Both the position numbers and the translations under genes were made by a program. This document shows, piece after piece, positions 1-12,352 of a stretch of 64,000 nucleotides of DNA; the first letter of the stretch is position 1; the number at the start of each line of letters is the position of its first letter. Source of the DNA: Ascidiella aspersa (Eukaryota); NCBI GenBank assembly GCA_963924565.1, contig OZ004609.1, positions 11,160,001-11,224,000 on the forward strand. The letters run 5' to 3'. The notes under the pieces were generated by a model. It saw only the letters and a list, made by a program, of their open reading frames with translations, was not told the DNA's origin and searched no databases.

Positions 1-187
1 TTGAAATCTTTACCCAGTTTGTTTTTACCCCTTAGTTGCACTAAAAACCCTTATAAGCTCAGTAATTTTTGCTAGCTGGTCCAAAGGCACTTATGTACTT
101 TTATTTTCTACTAAGGCCAAAATGCATATATACTAAAAAAAACTGATTTATACATCATGAAGAAGAAATTTGTGTTGTTTCTTGCAG

Positions 188-1398
188 GAAAAGGGACCAC
201 ATATATTTCAAACTTGCCCATCTGCTAATTATTACAATTGCAAAGCTATGGCAATTGGATCAAGATCGCAAAGTGCAAGAACTTACCTAGAGAGACATCT
301 TGAAAAATTCAAAGAATGTAAATAATATAAATGTTAAACAAAACTTATACTAAAAAACAGATTGTGTTTTAACACTTACAAAGCTCGGTTTCTGGGCATT
401 CCTAATTTTTTGGTTTGTATTGAAATTGAATAATAGGTACACAAATTTCCAATGATTAGCAGTAAATTTCCACATCTGTTAACAGAGTTTATGTAAGCAT
501 TGCTCACATTGTTGAATGAAATGTTTAGGTAATGCTGAAGAACTTGTTAGACACGGTCTGACAGCATTAAGGGAGACTTTGCCGGCGGAGCAAGATCTTA
601 ATGTCAAGAACTGTTCAGTGGCCATCGTTGGGCAAAACCAAAATGTGGTCATTTATGAAGATGAATTGGTTGCACCATTTTTGGAGAACTTGGAGGAAAA
701 AGAAGGTCGCATGACAACACAGCCTACAGGCCAAGCAGAATCTGGTCAAGTAGTAAGTTGCAACAATAACTTTTGCACTGTCTATCTAAACTCGCAACTT
801 AAGGGCATGAATTACGCATTTGGCGTCCCAATTGGTGGGCAATATTTTGAGCATTTGTTTACTTCTGAGAACAACACTTTTCACCTTCCGCAGATTAACA
901 AATTAAAATCAAATTTTATCTGTTCATGAAAAATGTGGTGAATCTGTATAATTAATGGAACTTGATGTAAATGGAACAGTATTATTTGAAAAAAATCCAT
1001 AATAGCATAAGTGACTGTATTTAACAATAAACATAAACTGGGTGTTGGGTAATCAACGGTATATTTTGATATATATATACCGGTTAATTTTTGCCATGTT
1101 TGCCAACTCAACTAAAATTGACAACACAATTTGTGTTGAACAGAAATTATAACTTTTAAATATTAAAACTGATGAATACATTATTTAGGATAATAACCGT
1201 CACTGTTTAAAAAAAAAAGAAGGTTAAAAAAAGTTGTACAACCGGTTGTAAGATTTAAGACCGCAAAATCGCCAGCATTTAACAACGGACCTAACTGTAT
1301 CACTTTTTTCTAAGGGTGAGTTGGGAGGCCTTGTACCTCCAATCAGTGGGCAGCCGCGCGATCCCCAAGCCGATGAGGAACAAGCAATGGACATGTAA
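188..1398 (+). CDS. PSMA1: Proteasome 20S subunit alpha type-1 (alpha6/C2), last three coding exons; gene starts left of the window
   Basis: GT-AG exons 188-317, 529-752 and 1315-1398 join in frame: [37 protein letters not shown]...[20 protein letters not shown]...DEEQAMDM*. This closely matches the vertebrate PSMA1 C-terminal half. AATAAA at 1533-1538. Confidence 0.95.
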
Positions 1399-1742
1399 AA
1401 AAAGACACCACTCATTTCGGCCACTGATTTTGCTGCAAGTTCATTCCTTCGCAACGCGTGTTCAGTGCGGGTTTATACGGACGCCGGATATCAACTAAGT
1501 TCACTTCTCCTTTTTGTTGTTTGCGTTCGTCAAATAAAGTAAGCTGCTTAGCATCCCCGTGTTTTGCATGAGATCGTTATCGAAAAAAAAAATGTTTTAG
1601 AGAGGCAGAACGCGTTAAGTACGGTTATAACGCTAGGGTTATATTGCGGCGTAATTACTCTTTGCGGCAACATTTTTTTTTATTCGTTTGTATTTTAAGG
1701 CAACTAAAAAAACAGCTTCATAAAAAAGAGATCGTTATAGAC

Positions 1743-2124
1743 CAGCGGTTCCCAAACTAGGGTCCGCGGACCAAATGGGGTCCCAGAGGGCCCGCAATAA
1801 GAATTAGGCTTTAGCGAATGTTTTTAAACACTATCTGTCATTAGTATTAGTCTTTATTTATACTTTCATATTCCATAATATAGCGTGTTTTATCATGTAT
1901 CTTGTGACATTATAAAACATCTATTATGCTGTACTACCTGCTATCAGCGAATCGTCCGCATTAGTTAGAAAGTTGTTACATCAGATAAGAGAATGGTGAC
2001 TGCCCTAGTGTACTAGTAGAAACATGGGTCAACTGACCCTTGAATTTTTATAGGGCCGTGAAATATCAAAATAGTTGCAACCGGTCCACTAGGCAAAATT
2101 TCTAGAAAAGTTTGGGAACCGCTG
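1743..2124. mobile_element. hAT-type MITE between PSMA1 and ATP6V1C
   Basis: TIR CAGCGGTTCCCAAACT / AGTTTGGGAACCGCTG; decayed 8-bp TSD TTATAGAC/TTATCAAC. Confidence 0.8.
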
Positions 2125-2784
2125 TTATCAACGCTGTACGAACTCCTGACCAATTTGGACTACGGCTTCAACTATCCAAACTAAATGCTTGTTATTTGTA
2201 TCGCTTCCTGGCCCAAACACGCCTAACCAAAAATTCAATATATAACTTACATATATTTTACAAATTAAACGACTGGAGATTCATAAGACTGAGACGAATG
2301 TTGCAGTAAATAATAAAAATAAAGCACTATTGTTTTGTCTTCACATGATACTCGCAACTTTTGCAACACACCAAAAACTAAAACGATTTTTCGGGAGATG
2401 GCTGCCAACAATACAATTCGGCGCTTTTCCCGTTTTTTGGTAGGCATGTGTAACACTATGCTTTAAATTTAAACAAAAGCTGCCAGTCAGCCAGAATTTT
2501 ATTGATTCTAAAAGTAAGACTTTTAACATAATAACATTTATTAAATATCTGGTACAAAACAAAACTTCCCTGTGTTATGCACATTTTTAGACTTTTATAC
2601 CTTGAAAGTCGAACCAATTTTTTTTTTGCCAAAAAAAATTAAACTTGGACAATGTGTATTGGATAGGAATGATTCCCTGGCCCGCAGCAATAAAATATTT
2701 CCGTGACAATGTTAAGACGAAACAGAAGTATTTGTAGAACAACACAACAATAAAATATTGCACGAAGCACAAACCAAGGGAAAA

Positions 2785-5700
2785 CTAAAAGGCGCGAGTT
2801 TCAAAGTCCAGAAAAACTTTGTAAAATACGTAAGGGTAATATTCTTGCATTCCCAAGGAGAGTCCAGGAACCGTTTCTTCCTAAAAACGAATATGCCATA
2901 GGTAATTGAACTATAAACCAGGTCAGTTCAAGTATAAATGATGCGGTAAATAACACTACGACTAATGCACAAGGCTTCATATAACAATAGGATTTTTCTA
3001 TAAATACAAAAACGCAAAAATATTTTATAAAAAAGGTGTTTTTTATAATAACGCATTAAAAGCAATGGTTTAAATTTGACGTGTTAAAATGTGCAACAAT
3101 TAGGGATGTTCAAAGTAGAATTTATAATCCAAATTGGATTCGTATCCAAATTTGCTGTTTATATCGGGTAATTGAAACCGATATAATTTATTCGTTTTAC
3201 CGCAGATGGTGGAGCCTGATCGGCCATAAGCGAGTGGCAAGTTTCTATGCAGACTTCGCAATTTTATTAAATGCGATAAGTTGCAAAAGTAACATTCCGT
3301 TGTAAAATGTTCTGGTCTCGGACGAAATGCGCTACGGGTTGACTCAAGGTCAAATTATTGCCAATATTTAGCGAGGGTACACTGGAAGATATTTTTTTAA
3401 TTTTAATATACATATGCCAACAAAGTGTTTTGCGATTAATTGCTGTAATTACAGTGAATAATATGATTACTCCCCCCTATAAAATAAGGTAATTAATTAA
3501 TAAAAAATACTAGGATTAGATACTCTAGAATCCCCCTGGATTCTACTTTGAACATAGCAACAACTCTATTTTTGTGTTTTTTGTCAACAACTCTATTTTT
3601 GTGTGAACTGTTATAAGCTTACTTCAGCAGCAGTCAGACCAGTGCTATCCAAATCGGCGAACAAAGAGTTGAGAAGCTCACGCAAACGTTTTCTATTTTT
3701 CTTTTGTGGTTCCAAAACAACGGCTTGGAAGTTTACCGGAAGGCCATACCTTTTATACGAACAAGTAACAAATAGTATTGGCATTATATTTATTAAAAAA
3801 GCTAAAAACTATACCAAAATATGGGTGTTTAGGTAATCTCAGTGTTATCATAATGATTTAGGGGATGCAATTACACCAGAACCCCTCAGAATTCGAGCAA
3901 ACTTTCTGTACCAATCTTCTAACCAAAATACTGCTTTTAAAAGTGCTTGAAGGGATTAAATCACATCCATTATTATCAGCTGGCCCATTTTGGGGCTAAA
4001 TCGTTTCACTTCAAATGTTTAAGGTGTAAACACACCCATATGTTAGTAACAAAAGTTGTCTAATTAGGGAAAACAATAACCTAGGTGGGTAACACATGCA
4101 CAACTATATGACTTAATGGCATTGGTAAAATATTTACCTGAGAACTGACTCAACGAAAACACGAAGTGCTTTGATGTGAAGCCAGGCAATGTAGACTTCA
4201 CTGAAGTTTACTTTCAACCACCTCAAAAGTGGACCCTAAAAATAATGTATATGAAATGTTCGAGATGTGGCTGTTGCAAATAACAAAATTATTGTATTAA
4301 ACCGAAAATAAACTCCTTTAACAAGAAAACAAAAGTTATATTTTTATCATCTAATTTTCACGAGCATTAACTATTTCTGTTGAAAAATAGCACAAAAAAT
4401 TAGGGTGGTTGTGCATTTCGAATCTGAGTATTTTTTACAAATAAATTTACCAGCATCTTTTTCTTGTCTGATGCAAGTTTGCTTAATTGGTCTTTGTCAG
4501 TTGACATAAGCTGCTCACTGTAGTGAAATTCTCGTACAAAGAACCTGCATATCGAAAACCATGACAAAATATTGGTTAAAAGAACATGTTTTTCAAGTAT
4601 ATTATTGACACACAAATGGTACAATAACTTTACCAAATAATTTGAAACAGAATTTCATTTATGCTTACAAACAAGGTGTATAGGACTGTATAATTGAAAA
4701 AAATATAGAACTATATTTAATTTGGATTGATCCAAACATGGGAATATAAACCCATTTTGCTGCACTGCAAATGTCAGGTGGACAGGAAATTTACCACTTT
4801 GTATTACATACTTGTATCTGCTGCAATTATATTTGAACTCCTCGTACACCTTCTTAAAGATGGTTACGGCAAACAATCCATATTCATCGTCTTCCATAAT
4901 AAGCCTAAAGGAATGTAAAACGGAGAATAGCTATAGTACACCTAATGATAGGCACAATATTCAATCCATACCTTGACGATCTTGGTGCAACAAACTCCGT
5001 CAAGTTTTCATAATGGTCCTTCCAGTCATTGTATAGACCCCTAAATAAAATGATAATAAGATATGTATATGTATAATCAGTGCTAATCACACAATTTAAC
5101 TAATCCATACATATACTAAACCTTGGACAGGCTTATGCAAGCCAACCAAAATGACAAAGAAGGAATTTGAATACTAGTTTTCTCTTCAAAATTATTATAC
5201 AATACATATAAGTTTGAAACCAATTATAAATAAAAAGTTTTTCTAAGGAAACAGCAAAACCTTGACACTCAAACTCCATGTTTCAAGTCTATTAGAATTG
5301 GTTTGTTTTTACAGGATGAAAAAAAGAAAAATGCATTAAATCGCATTATTTATGACACATTAAGTAGGTATTATTGAGGGGTGAAAAATGAACTTGAAAT
5401 TGGATTCACATTTATAGACAAAAGCATAACTAGAAACACATGCAAGGCTTAAATGTGAGAAATACATACGTCGGTACTGCCACTATCACTGTTTGCAAAT
5501 ATTCTGAATCCAAAATGAAATCATCCCTCTTGACAATTTGAGTGAGATTTCTCAACAACAAACTTCCGCTGTAAATAAAAAAAAAAAATTAGGTAAGTTT
5601 ACATCAGCAAAAATACTAAAGCAAAAAGGAATGTTGAATTTACGTTGCTTTTCTCTCCATATTCTGCAAGTTTGACTTGAGGTTGTTGTATGCCTGGGAC

Positions 5701-6933
5701 TTAGTTCTTAAGTCACTGTCAACTTGTGTAACAACCTTCGATATAATTTCGGAAAGGCTTTTGATTGGTTGCTTTACTGGGTACTTTGCCATGTTCCATT
5801 GAAAGTGATGCAAATAGTTGACAAGTGTTCCTTTAAAGGTAAGCACATGAGTGGCAAAAGCATTTATAAGCTATAAACATGTTTATAAGCTACAACTTTA
5901 TACATATAAAGCTTCGACCTTTTTTGTGGTTTGATAAAATCAATAGGTTAACACTGGGTTTAAAATATGCTTCACTTTTAGTTACATATTAAAGTGCCTG
6001 AAGAATGTCATGCAGGCTACTATAGACAAATTTGTGCTGAAGAGCCTACCTTCGCCTGCTCTTAGGTTACTCGACAGTTTGTCTTTCTGGTCTTCCAGAA
6101 TATCCCCCATGTAGGAAGCAACTTTTCGGCACACTCTTAAGGAAAATAAAAGTATTTTGTATAACAAGATAATTTATTCATTTATATATAAAACAATTAT
6201 TACAAGGATTACTGAAAGTAGTGTCAGGATAGTTTTTTAAAGAGTGTGATTTTCTAGTTATTAAATAGAGATAAATTTTTCTAAAAATGCAAAACTCAAT
6301 TTTGTATGGAAATTTAACATCATCAGAAAAGTGGATACAGCATATATTTAATAAAATTTCACTTTTCAGTGTTTTAATTTAATATAAAAAATCCTTTAAT
6401 TGGCTAAATTCTTACCAGGTTGGAAAGTAAGGCCTGCGCGGGGAATTTATCCCCCGCGCAATTTCCCGCTCAGCCGCGGTCACAGCCACGCATTTTATAT
6501 AAAGTCAACGTTAAATGCGGTCAGCCGCGAAGAATCGCTGAAACTTTCGTCGCGCTAATGGTTTTCAGTATAATACTCCAATTTCAGCCGTCCAAATTTT
6601 ACGAATAACGTTATTACAGCCGCGCAAATTTGGGCAGAAATGTTACTACAGCCGCGCAATTTCAAGCTGTAAAATCGTCTCCCCCGCGCAAAATACAAAC
6701 TTTCCAATCTGGAATTCTTACCCTTCACAAAATGTATCCAATTTGCCCAAGTCATCAGTGAGGCCAATAAGGGAATCCAGCGTTCCAACTTTCAATTCTG
6801 GTATGGTGTACTTGTAGCAATGAGAGAGACCACCTTGTCCTCCTGGACCTGACACAGCTTTTTGAAGACGGTCGAAAGTTTGCTGGGGTGTTTTGTCCCC
6901 TGGGGCGCTCACAATCCAATATTCACTTGCCAT
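2785..6933 (-). CDS. ATP6V1C1: V-type proton ATPase V1 subunit C
   Basis: Ten phase-consistent GT-AG exons: 6933-6722, 6135-6050, 5830-5644, 5568-5470, 5040-4972, 4904-4812, 4544-4451, 4235-4138, 3749-3623, 2880-2785. Motifs include [69 protein letters not shown] and [10 protein letters not shown]. Probably the single invertebrate C1/C2 co-orthologue. Confidence 0.96.
3101..3561. mobile_element. Degenerate MITE in the last ATP6V1C intron
   Basis: ATGTTCAAAGTAGAAT (3106) is inverted at 3540-3556, behind a TAGGGATG hAT-like left end. Confidence 0.55.
6416..6711. mobile_element. hAT-type MITE with CCGCG subterminal repeats in ATP6V1C intron 1
   Basis: TIR CAGGTTGGAAAGT / ACTTTCCAATCTG, multiple CAGCCGCG motifs, and flanking ATTCTTAC at 6408-6415 and 6714-6721. 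Confidence 0.7.
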
Positions 6934-7081
6934 ACTACTTGAGATTTTGAATCCAATCGGTAAATCTATAGCATAAATATTTTAGGAAATTTGTCAGGTA
7001 AAATTTAATTGTTTTTCATTTAGAATACTAAATAAAATTGAACTTATAACTTTCATCCTAGTGGTGTCTGGTACATTGGTC

Positions 7082-7342
7082 GGCGCTCTTTCACTATTGT
7101 ACGTGAAAAGTTATGCAAAAAAAAAAAAATAATAATACCGCATACCACAACGCATATTTTTTGGGTTAGCGTTTAGGTGAGGGTGGGTCAAGTAATATTA
7201 TGTTTATTGATAATAATAACTTGACCCACCCTCAACCAAACGCTAACCTGCACCCTAACCCAAACAATATGCGTTGTGGTATGCGGCATTTGAAGAAAAA
7301 AATTTTTTTATTAATTTTTACGTACAATAGTGAAAGAGCGCC
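7082..7342. mobile_element. Palindromic MITE with GG...CC ends and 8-bp TSD (Merlin-like)
   Basis: GGCGCTCTTTCACTATTGTACGT...ACGTACAATAGTGAAAGAGCGCC is an almost fully fold-back sequence, with a perfect TSD CATTGGTC (7074-7081 / 7343-7350). Confidence 0.88.
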
Positions 7343-9362
7343 CATTGGTCAAATTGCACTGGTGAATAATAACATGGATAAAATGTTAAGCATGTTATGT
7401 ATTTTTTCGCAATTACTTTACTTAGCATAGGACTAGCATACAAAATTATTTTAATAAAAGGTTGACATTGTTCCTAAACTAAACAACATGAAAACTCAAC
7501 AGTATTCAAAACAATATTCATGTTTTGCTTGGCAACTAACACTACAGATGTTCTAGAAAAAAAAAGTTTCCTATTGTGGTGCTGACAACAAGCAGTTCTA
7601 TTTCAAAATTAATGTAAACGCATATTTGAGTATCTTTTTTCTCAAAAAACGTCTAAATAATAAATGTAAACTAACTACTTCACGTAGTTGTTGTATTATT
7701 TGCAAGGGTACTTTACCAATACAATATTCAGTAGTAATCCGGACCAACAGCATTTAAAGCATTTATACGAACTTAGTTTATTTTCAAACTATAGAACTAT
7801 GTACATATACTTTTGCAAAATCACTAATAGTGGCTAAACAACATGGATTTTACACAATAAAAAAGGACATTTAACGACCTATGAAGCGTGAAAATATATA
7901 AAATATATGTTTTAACATTCTCTAGCACAGGAATTAAGCATAAGCCTTGTGATTAGTGTCAAAGAGCAAATTATACGACTCATTGGTTCCAACTAGAAAT
8001 AAAAAAAAGGGGAAATAAAGCGCGTAAATAATTACTCAGAATTTTGGGTTTCTCGACTAGAATTTCCCAAATATAAAATCTTACAAAAGAGGCCATTGCT
8101 ATCTTGGTGCAGAATCCTACCACCGATTTGACTTGTCGAACAAACGAAAAAAAAACTTGGCATTGATTGTTATTTATGGGTGGGGGCTAAGAATAAGCTA
8201 GCGGCATGTAGGCCTACGTTGTCCCAATTTCCGAAATACTGGCTAGCCATTAAGCGGTATGAACGATGCCAAAAAAACGATTTATTAATTTCTTGTTCGA
8301 TTTTGTTCATTGCTATTCGTGAGGTGTACGAAGTTATTAATGTTAAAAATGCCCTATAAAAAGGTTAAAAGAGCACTGTTCTCGAAATTTTCCTCTAAGT
8401 TTACCAAGCAAGGTTTGGGTGGGGTTAACATTTTCCCTCGTTGCATGAAACACTAGTGTTACAGAAACACAATGAACAAGAAGAAAACGTTTAAACGGTC
8501 GCATGAGCGTCATGACCATTCCTGGGAAACGCCGAATGTTCGCACCATGAATGACTCATCACAAACTGCGCAAATTTTAAAGAAATGAAAATATTCCTCT
8601 TTGATATCACCAAACTGGTAAAATAAAATCTGGAAGGCCTAAAAAAGCGACATGGCGATTAACAATCGTGTCCGAACTGAACGTGGTTTGTCTATCAAAC
8701 AACGTAACAAAACTGTGATCAATCAAAAGAAGTTGTTTGTGCATTATGCCACGTTCGGGTCAAAAGTTTAATTTTATATTTTGCGTAAAAATAGAAAGGA
8801 AATTATTATGTAAAGATCTTCGGAAATGTTTACAAAACCGTTGTTCAAAAATAATTGAAACAAATACTTTTGTACTGCAGTGTTTAAAAAGTATTTTAAA
8901 ATGATTTTGATTGGCACAACGATTACTTGCCCTCAAAACAATTGTGGGCAACTAATTGGTTCAAACCCTAAATTTATAATGTGTTTAGGCCTCGATCTTT
9001 TTTCCTCAAAGATTACTTAAAGGGCGTTTTTAACTCTTTCTTATGCAAACCTATTCTAGTTAAATGCGTATGCATAAATTAAAATAAAACATATATCCCT
9101 TTGTTTGTTTAGGTTGATAGTTTGGTGTTTTTTAAATTAGATCTTTTTCGATAATTTATACAACCCTATTTTTTAGTTGTGAGTGTGACTTGGATTATTT
9201 AAGTTAGATTCGTTAACGTTGTGCTCAAAACTAGGGAATTTTAGCTCGACAAAACTCAACATGACATAGGTTTACGAGCGATTTTAAGAAAGCCACGTAA
9301 TTTATTAATTACTGGAATGATTGTTTAAATTTGGTATTAATGTTTTATATATAAGTTTCAAT

Positions 9363-10454
9363 AAATATGCTGTTGCTACCAGGCATAGTATATTTAAAAC
9401 AGGTTCCTCTGGCAATATATATTATTTTCTACCAACGTTTCGGCTTGCTATCCGGCAAGCCTTCGTCAGGGACTGACACACAAGGCCAACAAGACACAAA
9501 GTAAAATCACAATAAGAAAAAAGGAGATAAAAAAGTGCGAGACGCGTTCAAAATTCACAGCGATAAAACAACGTTCAAAATTTAAAGCGATAAGACAACG
9601 CGAAATTTAGTGGTTATCTTTTAGCACCTGTCGGTACGGCGCTGGAAACAAAACGTCCGTTTTGATGTTCATCGTATCCGGCGTTCGGTGTATCTGCCAG
9701 GATTCGCGAAACAGGCGTTTTCGGTAGTCGCTCTCTCTTGCAAGAACAGTGCCCCCATCGAAATTAATGTCGTATTGACGACTGCAAGCGTGCTGCGCCA
9801 AGGCTGACTTCTTGGCGTCGTTGTTGTTCACATCGCGAATATGTTCTTTCCTGCGTGTGTTGAACGACCTTCATGTTTCGCCAATGTACATCATCGGGCA
9901 ATCGCCGCATGGAATTGTATAGATGACGCCCTTCGTGTTGTTGACGTCTATTGGGTCTTTAGGATGCGACAGCAAGTGGCGTAACGTTGTAATAGGTTTT
10001 ACACCAACTGCGATGCCGAAGTCCCGTAACATGCGCCGCAGGACGTCCGTCAGGCCTGGAATATAAGGTAAGGTAACGTACCCTTCCCATTTGGTATCAG
10101 TAGGTGAGTTTGTCGCACGCTGTTGTCTCAGTAAGGACGGTGGATACCCATTGAGACGCAAGGACTCGCGAACCCGTCGAAGCTCCTCCTCTAACACGCC
10201 CGGTTCCGAGGTTAACCGCCTGGCCTGATCGAACAGCGCCGTTACCACTCCCCGCTTCTGGTATACAGGATGGTGAGACGCGAAGTTCAGGTACCTCCGT
10301 ATGCTCGTTGGTTTATGGTAAACCCGAGATTGTAGGTGGCCATCGCTGGTTCTCATCACCTGTACATCTAAAAATGGAAGTTTCCCATTAACCTGCTCCT
10401 CCATAGTAAAGCTGAAAATAATATATATTGCTAGAGGAACCTGTTTTAAATATA
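9363..10454 (-). mobile_element. 5'-truncated Penelope-like retroelement (RT C-terminus + GIY-YIG endonuclease + pLTR)
   Basis: The frame 10412->9607 reads FTMEEQVNGKLPFLDV...VYHKPT...YLNFASHHP...LRLNGYP...LPYIPG...GVIYTIPCGDCPMMYIGET*RSFNTRRKEH...SALAQH, with one in-frame TGA at 9873-9871. There is a 41-bp inverted terminal copy (9389-9429 / 10414-10454) and a flanking direct repeat ATATATAAGTTTCAAT (9347-9362 / 10450-10465). Confidence 0.92.
9432..9472 (-). ncRNA. Minimal type I hammerhead ribozyme motif in the Penelope pLTR
   Basis: The minus strand reads ccCTGACGA-aGGCTTGC-cggata-GCAAGCC-GAAACGTTgg: the conserved CUGANGA and GAAA cores, a perfect 7-bp stem II and a palindromic AACGTT in place of stem III. 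Stem I is very short. Confidence 0.8.
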
Positions 10455-10670
10455 TAAGTTTCAATTTTGGTGGTTTTTGACAGAATGTGTAATGTGCAAA
10501 GTTATTCAAAAAAGAAAAAACTGTTCGCCCGTTGGTTAGGGTTAAATATGTATGTGTTTTAGATGTTGTTTGATGTTACTAAACGTAAAAATTATTTTTT
10601 ATTTTTTCATGAAAATCAATGCATCCTGCAAACAGACGTTCATCAGACGTAAACACTTATTACTAAATAC

Positions 10671-11138
10671 CAGTGTTGTAAACAGGTCATTTAAAAATGA
10701 CTTAAGTCCAGGTCAAGTCATTTGTTAAATACCTTAAGTCCAAGTCAAGTATTTTTTTAAAACAGCAAGTTAAGTCCCAGTCCAAGTCACCAGTTTTCCA
10801 AGTCAAGTCATAATCAGAGCATGTCAAACCACTAATAGAATAACAACACGACAAACTATTAAAATTGGTAATCTGTTCAGATTATGAGCAACAATTTAAC
10901 AAAAAATAACGAAAAAACAAAATGTAGCAATCTAATCGTTGTAAGTGCAAAACTTGCGATAAATGTCTCAATTTTGTAATAAAATGTTAAATAAAAACAT
11001 TTAATTTCAACCCAAGTCATTTGTCTAAAAAACTTAATTCAAGTTATTTTTATCAAAACCACCAAAGTCAAGTCAAGTCATTAAAAAATACTTAAGTGCA
11101 CTGAAGCCAAGTCATTGACACAAGTCATTACAACACTG
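10671..11138. mobile_element. hAT-type MITE with CAAGT subterminal repeats
   Basis: TIR CAGTGTTGTAA / TTACAACACTG; TSD CTAAATAC/CTACATAC. Same terminal family as the MITE inside the 48.8-55 kb array. Confidence 0.8.
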
Positions 11139-12352
11139 CTACATACAATTTTATTACAGTAAAAGAATACTAGTAAACATAGCGTTCGGTATTTACATTT
11201 AAAAGTGAAACTTTCTGATAAACTGCAACAAAAGGGATATTTTGCATACTCTGTCAACACTTTCATACAAACATACTGTAATAAGCTTTTACCGCTATAG
11301 CCATTTGCTTTGACACGATTTAGGTTGTTACACACTACTCTTTTGATATATGTGAACATCTCGCCGTCCAGGGAACAAACCATGACAAGTATATTCAGAG
11401 GAGTTCGTAGTGGCCGATGTATCACATGGCTGAGTCACTAAAAAGGAGAAAACTTTCTTCAGTTAAGTATTCTATAAAAATCTCTGGGATTTGCCTATGG
11501 GTAGAAATCAACATTCATATAATACATCAACAATCATATAATGCAAGATTGCACATTTATTGAAGAAACGAGCGATGTTGCAGTTGGAATTATACAGCAG
11601 CAACCTATATAAAGCACAGTGCAACTACAAAATAAATGTTAGTGCAAATGTCACACAAATTCAATAAGTACGCTTTTGCATCATCCAAAGGAATAAACTG
11701 TTGTAACATTCATATTGCGCTGAAACAACTTATACCATCTACAGTGATATCGATGACATTTGTAAGTTGATATTTTAGCCTTAAATTATTACATTTTATT
11801 TACATCCTTTAATATGCTACCAACCTACAACTATTGCTCTCTTATGCATCTATTGCTCTGTTAAAATACAGCAGATGTTCACCGCAATAGATATGAATGG
11901 CCATCTATGTTCTTATTGTTTACAATTAGAACATATTTATTTTTTATAAAAGAAATGTAAAATATTTTAAGCCGCATTTAAGTCTGTCACCAAAACTGCT
12001 ATCACACCGCAACACAAATTTTTTTAAATAGTAATGGCGTAAAGTAGGAGAAAGGGGACACCTCGTAGGAAAAAACATCTACCAAAATGGGTCGCGAAAC
12101 CAAAATAGGGCATAAATTAAACAAGTATAGGTTTATCAAAACAATATTTGTTCATGATAAAAGACTATTTTGAATTTATTCCACCAAGGGGCATTGCAGA
12201 ACCTTAAAATAACGACACCGCTTTGATATGAAAATAGGGAGGTGTCACACCATTCGTCTTAAAATGCGTGAGCAGTGGCTTCACACAGCTATCGTCGCCG
12301 CCTGAGCGCCACGTTTAAAAGATGAAACAAACAAACAGCAGGAATCGTTCAA

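Noticed and set aside
9871-9873. In-frame TGA in the Penelope GIY-YIG domain as possible readthrough or selenocysteine
   Set aside because: The element is 5'-truncated and cannot make the protein; a simple nonsense mutation is the parsimonious explanation and no SECIS was seen.
6934-12352. Co-oriented CRACR2A and ATP6V1C as a tunicate-style operon
   Set aside because: More than 4 kb of repeat-containing DNA separates the likely poly(A) signal (about 11556) from the ATP6V1C acceptor; no abutting junction was seen.
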